Below the pieces are notes generated by a model. It was given only the letters and a program-made list of their open reading frames with translations, was not told where the DNA came from and did no database searches. Of a DNA stretch of 64,000 nucleotides, positions 28,886 to 38,697 are shown in pieces. Position 1 is the stretch's first letter. Every line of letters starts with the position of its first letter. Origin of the DNA: a virus; the IMG/VR virus record IMGVR_UViG_3300044737_000031, positions 5,060-69,059 of that record. The stretch is one strand, 5' to 3'. A program made the position numbers and the translations under genes.

Positions 28886-29530
28886 TTACTGGCGTTGCTC
28901 GCGTTCGAGCTTTTCGCGTTCCGCTTTCTCGGCTTGCTCGCGCGCCTCGGCCCCTTCGTCACCACCCCGGCCAAGGCCGGTTGGGAGTGCATCAGGCTGC
29001 TTGGCGTTTTCGCCGGCGTGCGCATCCTTGCCCGCTTGCGCGTTAGGATCACCCACCACTTTCACCGATTGGCCATCCGTCGCCTCAGCCACGGCGGCAA
29101 TGGTGCCGGCGGCATCGGGCGCATGGGCCGGCACTTGCGGGCCGTCCTCGTGATGCATCGGGGATGATGGCGGATAACCACCGGGCAACACGATATCGGT
29201 GGTAACACCTTTCTTGGCGGGATCGATTCCCACGCCTTGATGTTCCTTCACCGGCACCGGCTTGCCAACTTTGATGGCCTCCATTTCGCGCGGCTTGTGC
29301 GGCTCATCCGGCCGTTTGCCCAAATGCGCATCGGTTGTGGCCTTCGAATTGAGACTGGCCGCGCGCTGGCGCTCGGCTCGCTCGTTAGCCCCGGCATCGA
29401 TTGATTTCCGCAAATCATCATTGGCTTTGCGGGTTTCCTCGGCCGTGGTGGCCGGTTCGGATTGGCGAGCTACCGGCGCGCCCTTTGGGCCGCCACTCGC
29501 GGATTTTTCGTTTGGATTTTCTTCTGCCAT
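28886..29530 (-). CDS. low-complexity charged protein after the capsid gene
   Basis: SD-like GAGGT upstream; hydrophilic 214 aa. Confidence 0.65.
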   Translation of the reverse strand: MAEENPNEKSASGGPKGAPVARQSEPATTAEETRKANDDLRKSIDAGANERAERQRAASLNSKATTDAHLGKRPDEPHKPREMEAIKVGKPVPVKEHQGVGIDPAKKGVTTDIVLPGGYPPSSPMHHEDGPQVPAHAPDAAGTIAAVAEATDGQSVKVVGDPNAQAGKDAHAGENAKQPDALPTGLGRGGDEGAEAREQAEKAEREKLEREQRQ

Positions 29531-29626
29531 AATCTTTACCTCGTTACGTTAATTTTTTGGTTTGTGGTTGGTGGCGTCACACGCACCGAGCGGCTTTCAC
29601 CGCCCGGCACGCTTCAGCCGTTATGG

Positions 29627-30640
29627 TTAAACGCTGACGTTGTGACGCACCCGCACGATGCGCACATTCTTGGCCTCGTACACGCGCTGCCAGTTGTTGC
29701 CATCCGTCATTTCGGTGTTGCTCGGCGAGCTTCCCGCCATGTTGGCACCAAGCCACTTGATTCCCCGCGGATGCAGGATCATGCGGCGGCGGTTGTACAT
29801 CAAATCCTGACCGGCACCGGCCGCGCGCGCATACTCAAGCCGCCACGTTCCGAAACCGCCCACGATTTTCTTATCGTTGGTGCTAACGCCGAAAGCGATT
29901 GCACCTTGGCCAAACAGATAAGTGGTGAAAACGAGCAACGCGTTGATCGTTTCGACCGGCAACGAGTCATCCACCACCACATTGAGTTGCTGAAATTGCT
30001 TGAGCGTCAGCTTGCCTTCCGAGTCCGGCCGAAACGTGATCAAATCCCGTTTCAACAGATCGGTTTCCGTAAGCGAGTGCATCGCAATGCCGGTGAGCTT
30101 TCCGCTCGCATCGCCCATCACTTGCTTGGCGTCCAAAAACGTTTTGCCGTTCAGCGTGTTTTTGTCCGTAACCGTTGCGCCAGTCGCTAAGTAAATATCC
30201 TTGGTGTTGCTGGCCGCCATCAACGCACTGGCGAAAACGCCGGCGAGCATGGCAATGACGCCGTGGTTGAGCCGGCGCGCCCAATAATCGCCGACAAGAT
30301 CACCGATTTTCCCCATCGGATCATCGCCGGAAATGTACTGCGCCAGATCGTTGGTGCTCCAACCTTTCCCTCGGTTGAGGATGATTGCCTTATCATCCTG
30401 AGCCACAATTTTATCGGTGCTCAGTGAACCAGTGTCACTGATAACCTCATCCTCGCCGGACAAGTCCTGCCAGAAAGGCATGTCAATCACCGTGCCCGGC
30501 CCGTTGGCCAAGGTGGTGTACGTCGGATCGGCATCCACAATTCCAGATTGGATAAATGCCGATGTTTCCGCGGTGCGCTCTACCACGTAGGGCAGAAACA
30601 CCGAGGGAATGATGATGTCACTAATGAGCGTTTCCGCCAT
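29627..30640 (-). CDS. major capsid protein (SPP1 gp13-like)
   Basis: ISDIIIPSVF, SAFIQSGIV, MPFWQDLSG, RGKGWS..DLA, DPMGKI, AMHS, VVVDDSLP, ILHPRGIKW, NWQRVYEAKNV. Confidence 0.92.
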   Translation of the reverse strand: MAETLISDIIIPSVFLPYVVERTAETSAFIQSGIVDADPTYTTLANGPGTVIDMPFWQDLSGEDEVISDTGSLSTDKIVAQDDKAIILNRGKGWSTNDLAQYISGDDPMGKIGDLVGDYWARRLNHGVIAMLAGVFASALMAASNTKDIYLATGATVTDKNTLNGKTFLDAKQVMGDASGKLTGIAMHSLTETDLLKRDLITFRPDSEGKLTLKQFQQLNVVVDDSLPVETINALLVFTTYLFGQGAIAFGVSTNDKKIVGGFGTWRLEYARAAGAGQDLMYNRRRMILHPRGIKWLGANMAGSSPSNTEMTDGNNWQRVYEAKNVRIVRVRHNVSV

Positions 30641-30832
30641 AAATTATTCCTCGTTAATTGGTTGGTTTATGGCTGGCCATTTAATTGAAACCAGCCGGTT
30701 TTATTCGGTCTGATTTCAAAGCCGCGCCGCGGCCGCCGCGGGAAACTCCGTTCCCCGTTTTCGCATCAACACCGCTGATGCGAGAAATCTGTCTAGATGC
30801 GCGAATACACCCGCGCGCAAATCACGTCAACA

Positions 30833-30886
30833 AAAAAAGCGGCGGCCGGGTCTGCGCCTCGCCGTGCGCGTTTAACCCGGCCGCCT
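30833..30886 (-). terminator. intrinsic terminator after the scaffold gene
   Basis: GGCGGCCGGGT/ACCCGGCCGCC stem followed by T7 on the minus strand. Confidence 0.7.
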
Positions 30887-30907
30887 TACGAATACCAACA
30901 AAGAGCT

Positions 30908-31792
30908 TTAAACTAACGCGGCCGGCAACGATTTGCCAACTGCCTTGGCCATAGCCTCGGCCAACGCTTTATCCTTTGTGATCACCTTGCCCTGATCACT
31001 CAAGTTTTTGGTTTTGGGATTGAACGGGTTGTATTGATTCTCACCCGTGCCGTACGTCCGGCCATCGATCACCGCGGTTTTACCGAGCACATCGGCCGAT
31101 CCACCACCGCCCCCGCCACCACCGCCCCCCGGCCCGGCACCGCCACCATTGGACGGCTTAAACAGATGCTTGGCCTCGGTTGTGGCTTGGCGCTCGGCCC
31201 ATTCCTCGGCCGTCATTGGCGTAACGCCATCCTTGCCGTACATGCGCGTGCCATCCGCGTTTTTGAAAACGAGCTTGCCGGTTTCGTCCAGATCGGCAAC
31301 GGCCCGCGCGCGATTGACCAAATCCAAATGGCCAGTGGGTTCAAGGCCGAGCTTCACCCCGGCATCAATAACCGTACGATCGATCACTTGCCGCTTGAGA
31401 TTGTCCTTTAATTGGCTGGCCTCTTTCTCGGCTTTCTCGGCTCGTTGTACCAAAGCGGCATTTTGATTGGTGTGCTCGCGCCGCATTTCCTCGGTGCGCG
31501 TATTCACAAGCTCATCAATCTTGTTTTTGGAAAAAAGCTTTTCGTCCCGCAGATCGTTTTCCTTGCCGAGCAATTCCCGGTACTTATCCACGTCAACGTT
31601 TTCAAACTTGACCAGATCGGCCTTGAGCTTGGTGTTTTCGGTGGTGAGCGTCACATTGTTATCGCGAAATTCCGTCACCTTTTCGCTTGGCACCATGCCT
31701 TCAACCGTTATGTGCCACTCGCCATCTTTCTCGGTGTAGTACGGGCGCAACGCCTCTGGAATGTCCTCTTGCTTTGGATATTTCTTTTTCAT
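30908..31792 (-). CDS. capsid scaffolding protein
   Basis: IPEALRPYYTEKDG, EFRDNN, coiled coil, HLFKPSNGGGA, YNPF...NLSDQ; upstream of the capsid gene. Confidence 0.82.
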   Translation of the reverse strand: MKKKYPKQEDIPEALRPYYTEKDGEWHITVEGMVPSEKVTEFRDNNVTLTTENTKLKADLVKFENVDVDKYRELLGKENDLRDEKLFSKNKIDELVNTRTEEMRREHTNQNAALVQRAEKAEKEASQLKDNLKRQVIDRTVIDAGVKLGLEPTGHLDLVNRARAVADLDETGKLVFKNADGTRMYGKDGVTPMTAEEWAERQATTEAKHLFKPSNGGGAGPGGGGGGGGGGSADVLGKTAVIDGRTYGTGENQYNPFNPKTKNLSDQGKVITKDKALAEAMAKAVGKSLPAALV

Positions 31793-31883
31793 TGATCTTT
31801 GATCGTGCGGTTTTGGTTGATGCCGGCGGCGAGTCCGGCGTTGTCAGATTAGTGCATTAAGCGCCGGCGGCCGTCAAACTTTT

Positions 31884-32108
31884 TTAAAGTGATTGATCCT
31901 TGGATTTCCATTCACCACACCAATCGTTGCCGGTGGTTTGCGGCCACTGCATGCCCGCGCCCTTGTCATCCGGGCGCGGTGCATTGCGATGACACCGGCC
32001 ATGCAACGGCCGATCAGCCAGCCGCGGTGCGGTCGCATCCTTGGATTTATTTGATCCGCTCGTGTTTTCCCAATACGTGCATGCATCGCAAGTTTGGTGC
32101 GAGTTCAT
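31884..32108 (-). CDS. small Cys-rich protein
   Basis: CDACTYW...GRCHRNAP...WPQTTGNDWCGEW; ATGA coupling. Confidence 0.7.
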   Translation of the reverse strand: MNSHQTCDACTYWENTSGSNKSKDATAPRLADRPLHGRCHRNAPRPDDKGAGMQWPQTTGNDWCGEWKSKDQSL

Positions 32109-32317
32109 TGGTTTTGTTTCCCTTGGATCATTTGCGCTTTGTTCTGCGTGGTGCCTAACAGCTTTTTGGCGTCCTGTAGAATCGAAAGGAAATCGGCGAG
32201 GCTTTGCGCGCTATTGGCCCGGCCCACAATCTCACGATAGCGCATGGCGATTTCCGGCCCGGCCTTTTCTTCAACGCCTTTGGCCAGCCTATCGATTTCG
32301 GCTTGTTCGATCCTCAC
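32105..32317 (-). CDS. hypothetical protein
   Basis: GTG start coupled to the exonuclease stop. Confidence 0.55.
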   Translation of the reverse strand: MRIEQAEIDRLAKGVEEKAGPEIAMRYREIVGRANSAQSLADFLSILQDAKKLLGTTQNKAQMIQGKQNQ

Positions 32318-32991
32318 GCGAATAATTCCGGCGAGTTGGCGGTATCGGCCAGTGGCACCGGCTTTGGTGCCGCCGGGATCGGCTCGGCCGCCCACGCGAA
32401 TCGTTCCATTAGTGTTTCGCGATGGTTCCGCATCATTTCAAAAAAACATGCGCTCGTGGCCAAACAATCATCAAGCGGATTGTGCGCGCCCTCAAACGGT
32501 TTTCCAAACAGGAATGTGTGAAGCTCGGTAAGCGTAGGCCATTTGAAATCCGCGCCGGGAAAGTTAGGCCGCAACCGGCAAACGGGCACACCCATTTCCT
32601 TGGTGCAACGAATCGGCTTTTCATCCAACCGATGTTTGACGCCTTCCCGGTGGCTGGCCGTTCGGATAATCATCTCATCAAAATCGGCGTTGTGGGCAAT
32701 CAGTTCATCCGCAAGCTTGCAGAAATTCGAAAACACGGCCAGCGCCACGCGCCGGCCCACTCCAAATTGCATCGCGATTTCTTGCGTGATCCCGTGCACC
32801 GCGGCCGCCGCCGGTTCGATCACCCATCCATCGGGTTTAATGATCAACTCAAATGAGCCGCGCCGCTTTTCGGTTTCATCCATCAACAGGCCGCACAACA
32901 TGACAAGATCGGGTTGGTGCTTGGCCGTATAATGCGCCTTGAAATCATTCTTGCCCGTGGTTTCCGAATCAAACACCAATCGTAATTTCAT
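32314..32991 (-). CDS. DEDDh 3'-5' exonuclease (DnaQ-like)
   Basis: VFDSETTG, VHGITQE, IAHNADFD, WPTLTEL, AHNPLDDCLAT. Confidence 0.9.
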   Translation of the reverse strand: MKLRLVFDSETTGKNDFKAHYTAKHQPDLVMLCGLLMDETEKRRGSFELIIKPDGWVIEPAAAAVHGITQEIAMQFGVGRRVALAVFSNFCKLADELIAHNADFDEMIIRTASHREGVKHRLDEKPIRCTKEMGVPVCRLRPNFPGADFKWPTLTELHTFLFGKPFEGAHNPLDDCLATSACFFEMMRNHRETLMERFAWAAEPIPAAPKPVPLADTANSPELFA

Positions 32992-33554
32992 ACCGTTGCC
33001 TTTCCCGCGCATGATTTAGCCGGTGATGACCAGTGCTCAAACCGGCCGCTGTATCCCGGTTTTCTCGCATCAACAAAACCGCGCACCGGTTGCGCCACGT
33101 TCATCATTAACCCATCGCCGCCATTCAACTTTGAATCAGGATGCGTGCACGTTAGGCCATCGCGAAATTTACAATCCAAACACAAGTGCATCATTGAGCC
33201 GGGCCATGGTTTGTTTCTGTCCATGCGCGAATACAACCGCGGATGCGGTTCGATAATCCGGCGCGAACAACTTGGACAAAGCACCACGATGATTAAAGCA
33301 AGATCGGCGCGGCCGGCCACACGATTGCCCGGCCCATCGTTGTCATTGTGCTCTATCCAGCGTTCAAGCCATAACCGGGCGCTTTCCTCGTTCATGCCGA
33401 GGCCATCCGGTTTACGGCCGCAACTCTGGCACGTGTCCGGTTGGCGCGGATGTTCAAGCGTAACGCTTAATCGCGGAAACTTTTCCTTTTCGGCCGGCTC
33501 TTGGCCCGGCTTTGGCAATTTTCCGGTACGCGTAAATGTCGGATCAAGCGGCAT
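32988..33554 (-). CDS. hypothetical protein with several CxxC motifs
   Basis: CQSC, CPSC, CLDC; coupled at both ends. Confidence 0.65.
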   Translation of the reverse strand: MPLDPTFTRTGKLPKPGQEPAEKEKFPRLSVTLEHPRQPDTCQSCGRKPDGLGMNEESARLWLERWIEHNDNDGPGNRVAGRADLALIIVVLCPSCSRRIIEPHPRLYSRMDRNKPWPGSMMHLCLDCKFRDGLTCTHPDSKLNGGDGLMMNVAQPVRGFVDARKPGYSGRFEHWSSPAKSCAGKATV

Positions 33555-33868
33555 CAGTCACAATCCACGGTGCGATGCGTGGCATACCCGCCAAGCTCCG
33601 CGCGTGCTTGCAATTCGTTCAACAGTTCCGCGGTAGTGGCCAATCCCAATTTGGCGGTTGGTTCCACCGGGCCTTTGTCCTCCACGTAACATTCAATCGT
33701 GGCGCGCTTGTCGCTCTTTGAATCGATGGGCGGGAATGTCACGCTAATGATCCCCTCTATCGGTTCACCGTCCGGCCCAAACACTATGGTATTGAACGGC
33801 GTGCCGTCTGTGATGATGCGGATAAAGGGCCGGCGCGTGGCCATCGGTGATGCTTGATTTTGTTCCAT
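33554..33868 (-). CDS. hypothetical protein
   Basis: First gene after a predicted promoter; LGLATTAELLNELQAR. Confidence 0.6.
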   Translation of the reverse strand: MEQNQASPMATRRPFIRIITDGTPFNTIVFGPDGEPIEGIISVTFPPIDSKSDKRATIECYVEDKGPVEPTAKLGLATTAELLNELQARAELGGYATHRTVDCD

Positions 33869-33889
33869 GATATTTAGTTTTGAGGTTAA

Positions 33890-33939
33890 AGCCCCAATTG
33901 AGGCTTATTGCACCATGCACAAAGTTTTGTGCGGTGTCA
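33890..33939 (-). promoter_or_regulatory. predicted promoter with palindrome A variant at the start site
   Basis: TTGACA-17-CATGGT, then AGCCTCAATTGGGGCT (33890-33905). Confidence 0.65.
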
Positions 33940-33990
33940 AAACAGAAAACGGCCCGCGGGATAGTTTACGATGACAACACCCGCGGGCCG
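33939..33990 (-). terminator. intrinsic terminator after the MuF operon
   Basis: GGCCCGCGGG/CCCGCGGGCC stem, 19-nt loop, then TTTTCTGTTTT on the minus strand. Confidence 0.7.
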
Positions 33991-34039
33991 CTTCTTTAGC
34001 GCGTCGGAAAGTGAACCTTGGCCCGGCCGGGCGCGGCCG

Positions 34040-34276
34040 TCAATGCACCAAATCAGCGCCACCCGTGGCCGCCGGCGCTTTGGTGATCACTAGGCCGCCC
34101 AATAGATCAGCCACCACCACGGCCCGGCGGTAATCGATATCAGGGATGGAAGGCGAATCATCCACGCCGGCCGAAACCTTTTTGATCATGGCCAGTAATT
34201 TGGGATCGGCGCATTCCCATTTTCCATCGTTGATCGTGGCCAGCGTATTCGGTGCAAATTCAATCGTGGTTTTCAT
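34040..34276 (-). CDS. small protein coupled to MuF, candidate immunity protein
   Basis: 78 aa, ATGA overlap with the MuF stop, followed by a terminator. Confidence 0.55.
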   Translation of the reverse strand: MKTTIEFAPNTLATINDGKWECADPKLLAMIKKVSAGVDDSPSIPDIDYRRAVVVADLLGGLVITKAPAATGGADLVH

Positions 34277-36993
34277 TTTCGTATCAGTGAATAGATAAAA
34301 TCGAAGTACTCAGGATCACGCGCGGCGAATTCGGCCGGGTTAAACCACATATGTTCCAAACCCATCGAAAGAATCTCGGTGGCGTACGTCTCGCCATTCT
34401 TGCGCAAATATATCTTGCCCATGTACGGATCAATGAATTTATCCGGCTTGGCCACTTCAATGTTTTTGTAACCGAATCCCGGTTGCAGCCGGTTTAATTT
34501 CTTGGCCGCCTCGCCGGCCGTGCGTGCGCTCAAAAATTCCCGGCACTTGGCGGCCACGTTGGGTTGGGTGGCCTCAATCCAGTGGCCAAGCTCGTGCAAG
34601 GCGGTGCGCGCCGTGCTCGCCGTCGAATGCAGCCGGGTCAATCCGTTCAACTCGCAATAAGCTCGTGTGACACGCGGCGGTGTATGCGCGAATTCGGCCA
34701 CGTCACTCAACAGGCCGTTGGATGCCAGCTTGTTCAAAATTGAAACTCCCTCGCGCGCAATGCCGGCCACTCGTTCGCCGCCCTCACGGAATTGGGCGCG
34801 GATTGTCGATCGTACATCCGCCTCTAATTCCAGACGGCCGCGCATCTTGGCGATAGTCGATGCGTTTTCAAAAAGGTAATCGGCATTGATCTTGGTGAGA
34901 GTGCCGCGCAACGCCACCAACTCGGCTTGCATTTGTTTCAACGCGGCATCCTCAACCGCGGATGGAATTTGCCCACCGAGGTACGCCATATTCCATCGCT
35001 TGTTGAATGCGTCACTAAATGCCTTCAATCCAGCTTGCGCGGTTTCGCGTTCCGTTTTGAGCGCCAACACACGTTCGCCGGCGGCCGTGAATTCGCCGCG
35101 GATCGTGGCCGATTCTTCCAAGATGGCAGTGCGCCGGGCGGCCGCGGCATCGGCTGCTTGTTGGGCGGCCACGCGCGCCGCTTCCGCCAAGCGCTCGGCC
35201 TCAAGCTGTTTGGCCTCGGCATCGATCACCGCCTTTTTGGATGCATCAGCTTCCGCGGTTTTCTTGGCGGCCACAAAATCAGGATCAAAGAAAGCTTGCG
35301 GGTTGGCCACGTCCGGCAATTTGCTGACGTAGGCTCTGGCCGATGGCACCACCGAGTTGACGGGCGCAACATCCACTTTCAGCGAACCCGTTAGGTTGGC
35401 CGCCTCTTTCATGGCCGCCAAATCGGTTTTGCCCGCGCCGGCGTTGGCTATGGCCAGATTGATTTCGCGCGCATCGGCCGCGGTGAAGCTTTCCCGGCTG
35501 GCGCGCAAGCTCACACTCACCACCTTGCCATCCGGGGTGACAATGCGCGCGCCATTGAAATTGGGGATATCGGCAAACAACCGAATTTCCTGTGGGGTGA
35601 ATACCTCGCCGGCGGCCGTGGCGTTTCGCAGATAGGTGACGCTGGCAAACTGTTTGAGCTTTTCCAGATCGGCAACGGTTGGCGATGTGCCGCGGATCGA
35701 AAGCCGCATGCCGTTGGTGGTGTCCAGAAAGTGCGACATGACGCCATCGGTATTCGATCCAAACACAATCGATTCCTCCAACAGCTTTCGCTCAAGCAGG
35801 CCAAGGCCGTTTTGGCCCTCTTTGTATTTCGGTTCCGGCAACGTCTCGTTTTTGGCCACGAGCGCGCGCAACTCATCAATGGAAAGCGGCCGGTGTGTCT
35901 GATCGATCAAATCGGTGAGCGTTATTTTTCCCTCGCGCCACAACTGCGCCTTTTGCACGCCAAGCAAATCGTTTTGGAATTGCGCGGTTTGCCGTTTCAA
36001 AAACTGATCCATCGATTGCCGCGGTGCCGGCTCGCCGTTCAACTGAAATTTCTTTTTGGCCACAATGGCATCAATGGCAGCCGCATCGAATCCCTTGGCC
36101 TCAAGATTCTGGCGAAAGATCGTTTCAATATCCGCCGGCGGTAAGTCCGGCGGGTTTACGGCCTTTGGCCCGCTCAGTTCCTTCCACGATTTCGTGACAG
36201 CAATTTGTGTGGATCGGCAATTCCAATGCGCAATCGGGCCGGGAAACGGCACGGTGTGATCAATCGGCTCGTACTCGGGCAAACTCCATTGCTTGCCATC
36301 CAAGGCAACGCATATCTCGGTGGTGCGACTGTCTAGCGTGCTCACCCATTGCACCGCGCTGATCACGTCCAGATTGTTTTCGAACGAATCCAGCTTGGTT
36401 TGATTGGCCGTGGCCATCACCGATGTGCGTACGATCGCCTCGGCTTGCGATTTCTTTAAGTTGAGGATCGGCGATACCCGGCGCACGAGCGCGGCCACTC
36501 CCTCGCCTTGGTAGATTCCCATGCGCATGGCCGCTTCGAATTGCTTTTTCAAATCGTACGCCTGTTGATCCCACCATTGCGATTGGAACCGGCCTTTTAT
36601 GAGCGTGTCACCGGCCAGCCGTTGTAATTGCTCTTTGGTTAGGCCAACCGATATCACATCCACGCCAATGGCCGCGTTGTACGCCTTGGCGGTTTTGCTT
36701 TCCTCTATCCCGGCCAGTTGCCCCAACTGCTTTCCCTGATTGGCGGCAATCGTGGCGTACGCCTCATCAATGATTGTTTTGGTTTGCGCCAAGAGCGCGC
36801 GCAACCGGGCGACTTTCACCGCGCCGGCATCTTCCGGCAACGCTTGAATCTCCGACACGATGCCTCTTTCCAGCGCAATCAACTGATCAAACACCGGGCC
36901 GCGCAACTCGGCCGCCACGCGCAAGAGGTTGACGTGATGCGTTACAATCGCATCCGCCACAATCTGAGAAATGTTTGGAGTGGCCGCGGCCAT
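34273..36993 (-). CDS. MuF (SPP1 gp7-like) minor head protein with C-terminal HExxH domain
   Basis: AEAIVRT, WVSTLDSRTTEICVALDG, HWNCRS; C-terminal ALHELGHWIE...ATEILSMGLE. Confidence 0.88.
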   Translation of the reverse strand: MAAATPNISQIVADAIVTHHVNLLRVAAELRGPVFDQLIALERGIVSEIQALPEDAGAVKVARLRALLAQTKTIIDEAYATIAANQGKQLGQLAGIEESKTAKAYNAAIGVDVISVGLTKEQLQRLAGDTLIKGRFQSQWWDQQAYDLKKQFEAAMRMGIYQGEGVAALVRRVSPILNLKKSQAEAIVRTSVMATANQTKLDSFENNLDVISAVQWVSTLDSRTTEICVALDGKQWSLPEYEPIDHTVPFPGPIAHWNCRSTQIAVTKSWKELSGPKAVNPPDLPPADIETIFRQNLEAKGFDAAAIDAIVAKKKFQLNGEPAPRQSMDQFLKRQTAQFQNDLLGVQKAQLWREGKITLTDLIDQTHRPLSIDELRALVAKNETLPEPKYKEGQNGLGLLERKLLEESIVFGSNTDGVMSHFLDTTNGMRLSIRGTSPTVADLEKLKQFASVTYLRNATAAGEVFTPQEIRLFADIPNFNGARIVTPDGKVVSVSLRASRESFTAADAREINLAIANAGAGKTDLAAMKEAANLTGSLKVDVAPVNSVVPSARAYVSKLPDVANPQAFFDPDFVAAKKTAEADASKKAVIDAEAKQLEAERLAEAARVAAQQAADAAAARRTAILEESATIRGEFTAAGERVLALKTERETAQAGLKAFSDAFNKRWNMAYLGGQIPSAVEDAALKQMQAELVALRGTLTKINADYLFENASTIAKMRGRLELEADVRSTIRAQFREGGERVAGIAREGVSILNKLASNGLLSDVAEFAHTPPRVTRAYCELNGLTRLHSTASTARTALHELGHWIEATQPNVAAKCREFLSARTAGEAAKKLNRLQPGFGYKNIEVAKPDKFIDPYMGKIYLRKNGETYATEILSMGLEHMWFNPAEFAARDPEYFDFIYSLIRK

Positions 36994-37010
36994 GCCTTAG
37001 CGGCCGCGTG

Positions 37011-38636
37011 TTAAGCGCCGGCCGGTGGTTTACCCGTTGGCGCGGTGCCGCCCGGTGGCTTGCCTGTTGGCGGTTTACCCGTGGGCGGTTTGCCCGTTGG
37101 CCCCGTGCCGCCGCCGCCCGGCCCGCCCGGTGTGCCGCCCGTGATATCGGGCAACATCGTTTTGGCGATGGCGTCTTGTTCCTGTTCAAACGTCCAATCG
37201 GGCGGGTACACCTCGCCATCGCGCAAGATATTAAAATACGCCTCGGCACTGATCAGATTGGTGCCGCGCGCGGCATTGGCGGCCGCCCAAAGATCAGCCG
37301 GCAACTTAGTAGCAACAAATTCGGTGTTGAGTTCCACAAAGGCAATCTTGGCCTCGGCCACCGCGTTCACATCATCCGCGGCCGTCACCCACCATGTTGC
37401 GATTTGTAGAATGCGCGAGCCGGCTTGCGTCCCGGCAATGGAGATATTGCCAAGCGTGACAGTCTCGCCGGTTTGCCGCATGCGGGCCGTCTCGTACGCT
37501 TCGATATCTTTCTTTTGGTAATCGAGTAGGCGCGCGCCTAACGATGCCATGTCCATTTTCTTTTCCTCTTGGCCCTTGGTCAACGCGGCGAAATCGCCTT
37601 TCACTTCCACGAATCCAATGGCCACGCCGGGTTTGGGATCACTACAAACCACCGCGTTGGTTGAGCCTAAAATGATTTCCTCATCATCAAACCCGATGGC
37701 ATAGAGCGTGGGCAACCCGGTGAAGTGCCGGCCGTTTTCCAGATCGGCGCTTGTCCGATAGAGCGCCAAGTTAAGCTTGGCGATGCCTTCCATTGGGATT
37801 TGGTCAATGTCCGGCATGAAATTATTGGGACCGTGAAACACGAAAGTGATTTCATTAAGCGGCACACCACGCCGGGTTGGTATCACGTCGCTTCCCACTT
37901 GAAAAAATTCATCAATCGTGGCCGAGGTTGGGCCGGTGCCGCGCTTGCCCTTGGATGATGTGCCCGCACTTGTTTTGGATGCTTGCGTGGCCGTTGAATT
38001 GCGCTTTTTGCGCCACACCTTCACCACCACGTACGGCACGCCATCCAGTGAGTCAGTCATTAAACGAAGCTCACGCCACTGTTGATATTTCTTCGTTTCG
38101 TAGGCGTCGGGTTGTGCTTCCCCGCTGCCATCATCAATCCACACATCGCTTTCCTCGGACAACATCAGGAGAGTGAGCGTTACCTTTTTGCCTACGCGCC
38201 CCACTTTCCAATTGATGATATCCTCACACTTGTACGGCTTAACGAACGGGCGGCCGGCAATGTCATCAAATTCAACGAGCGTGCCCGCGCGCCCCATGTC
38301 GATCACTTCATGCAAGCGCTGCTTGAGGTAATCGTACCATGACAAACCGGTAAGCGTGGCATCATCGATAAACTCTTGCAGTAAATCCGGGTAGGTTAAA
38401 TCCGGGTCTTTGCGATAGATGAAACCCAAAAAGCTTTCGGATGTGCGGCCGGTGATTTCCAGAAACACGGCGCGCGCCTTGTACGCCTCATACATTTGCC
38501 CCTCTTGCGCACTGAGCATGGGCAAGTAATCATCCGCCTTGGCCTTAACGGTGGTATCACCATCGATCACATCCCGCACGAGTTGCCAGCGCGGCAACAT
38601 TCGCAAGTACTCGGGATGGCCGGAATTAACGGGCAT
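37011..38636 (-). CDS. portal protein (DUF4055-type)
   Basis: HPEY...WQLVRD, YLPML, YEAYKARAVF, GRAGTLVE, EDIINW, LYRTSADLENGRHFTGLPT, MASLGARLL; C-terminal PPTGK repeats. Confidence 0.9.
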   Translation of the reverse strand: MPVNSGHPEYLRMLPRWQLVRDVIDGDTTVKAKADDYLPMLSAQEGQMYEAYKARAVFLEITGRTSESFLGFIYRKDPDLTYPDLLQEFIDDATLTGLSWYDYLKQRLHEVIDMGRAGTLVEFDDIAGRPFVKPYKCEDIINWKVGRVGKKVTLTLLMLSEESDVWIDDGSGEAQPDAYETKKYQQWRELRLMTDSLDGVPYVVVKVWRKKRNSTATQASKTSAGTSSKGKRGTGPTSATIDEFFQVGSDVIPTRRGVPLNEITFVFHGPNNFMPDIDQIPMEGIAKLNLALYRTSADLENGRHFTGLPTLYAIGFDDEEIILGSTNAVVCSDPKPGVAIGFVEVKGDFAALTKGQEEKKMDMASLGARLLDYQKKDIEAYETARMRQTGETVTLGNISIAGTQAGSRILQIATWWVTAADDVNAVAEAKIAFVELNTEFVATKLPADLWAAANAARGTNLISAEAYFNILRDGEVYPPDWTFEQEQDAIAKTMLPDITGGTPGGPGGGGTGPTGKPPTGKPPTGKPPGGTAPTGKPPAGA

Positions 38637-38637
38637 A

Positions 38638-38661
38638 AGGAAAAAGCCTCAATTGAGGCTC
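38638..38661. promoter_or_regulatory. palindrome A, inverted copy abutting the portal start codon
   Basis: AGGAAAAAGCCTCAATTGAGGCTC; ends 1 nt from the ATG. Confidence 0.75.
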
Positions 38662-38697
38662 ATTGATCGATTGTTGTGCCAAAGCCATTGGCGTGCG

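Noticed and set aside
37011-37140. PPTGK repeats at the portal C-terminus and Gly run in the scaffold
   Set aside because: Low-complexity tails are common in these proteins
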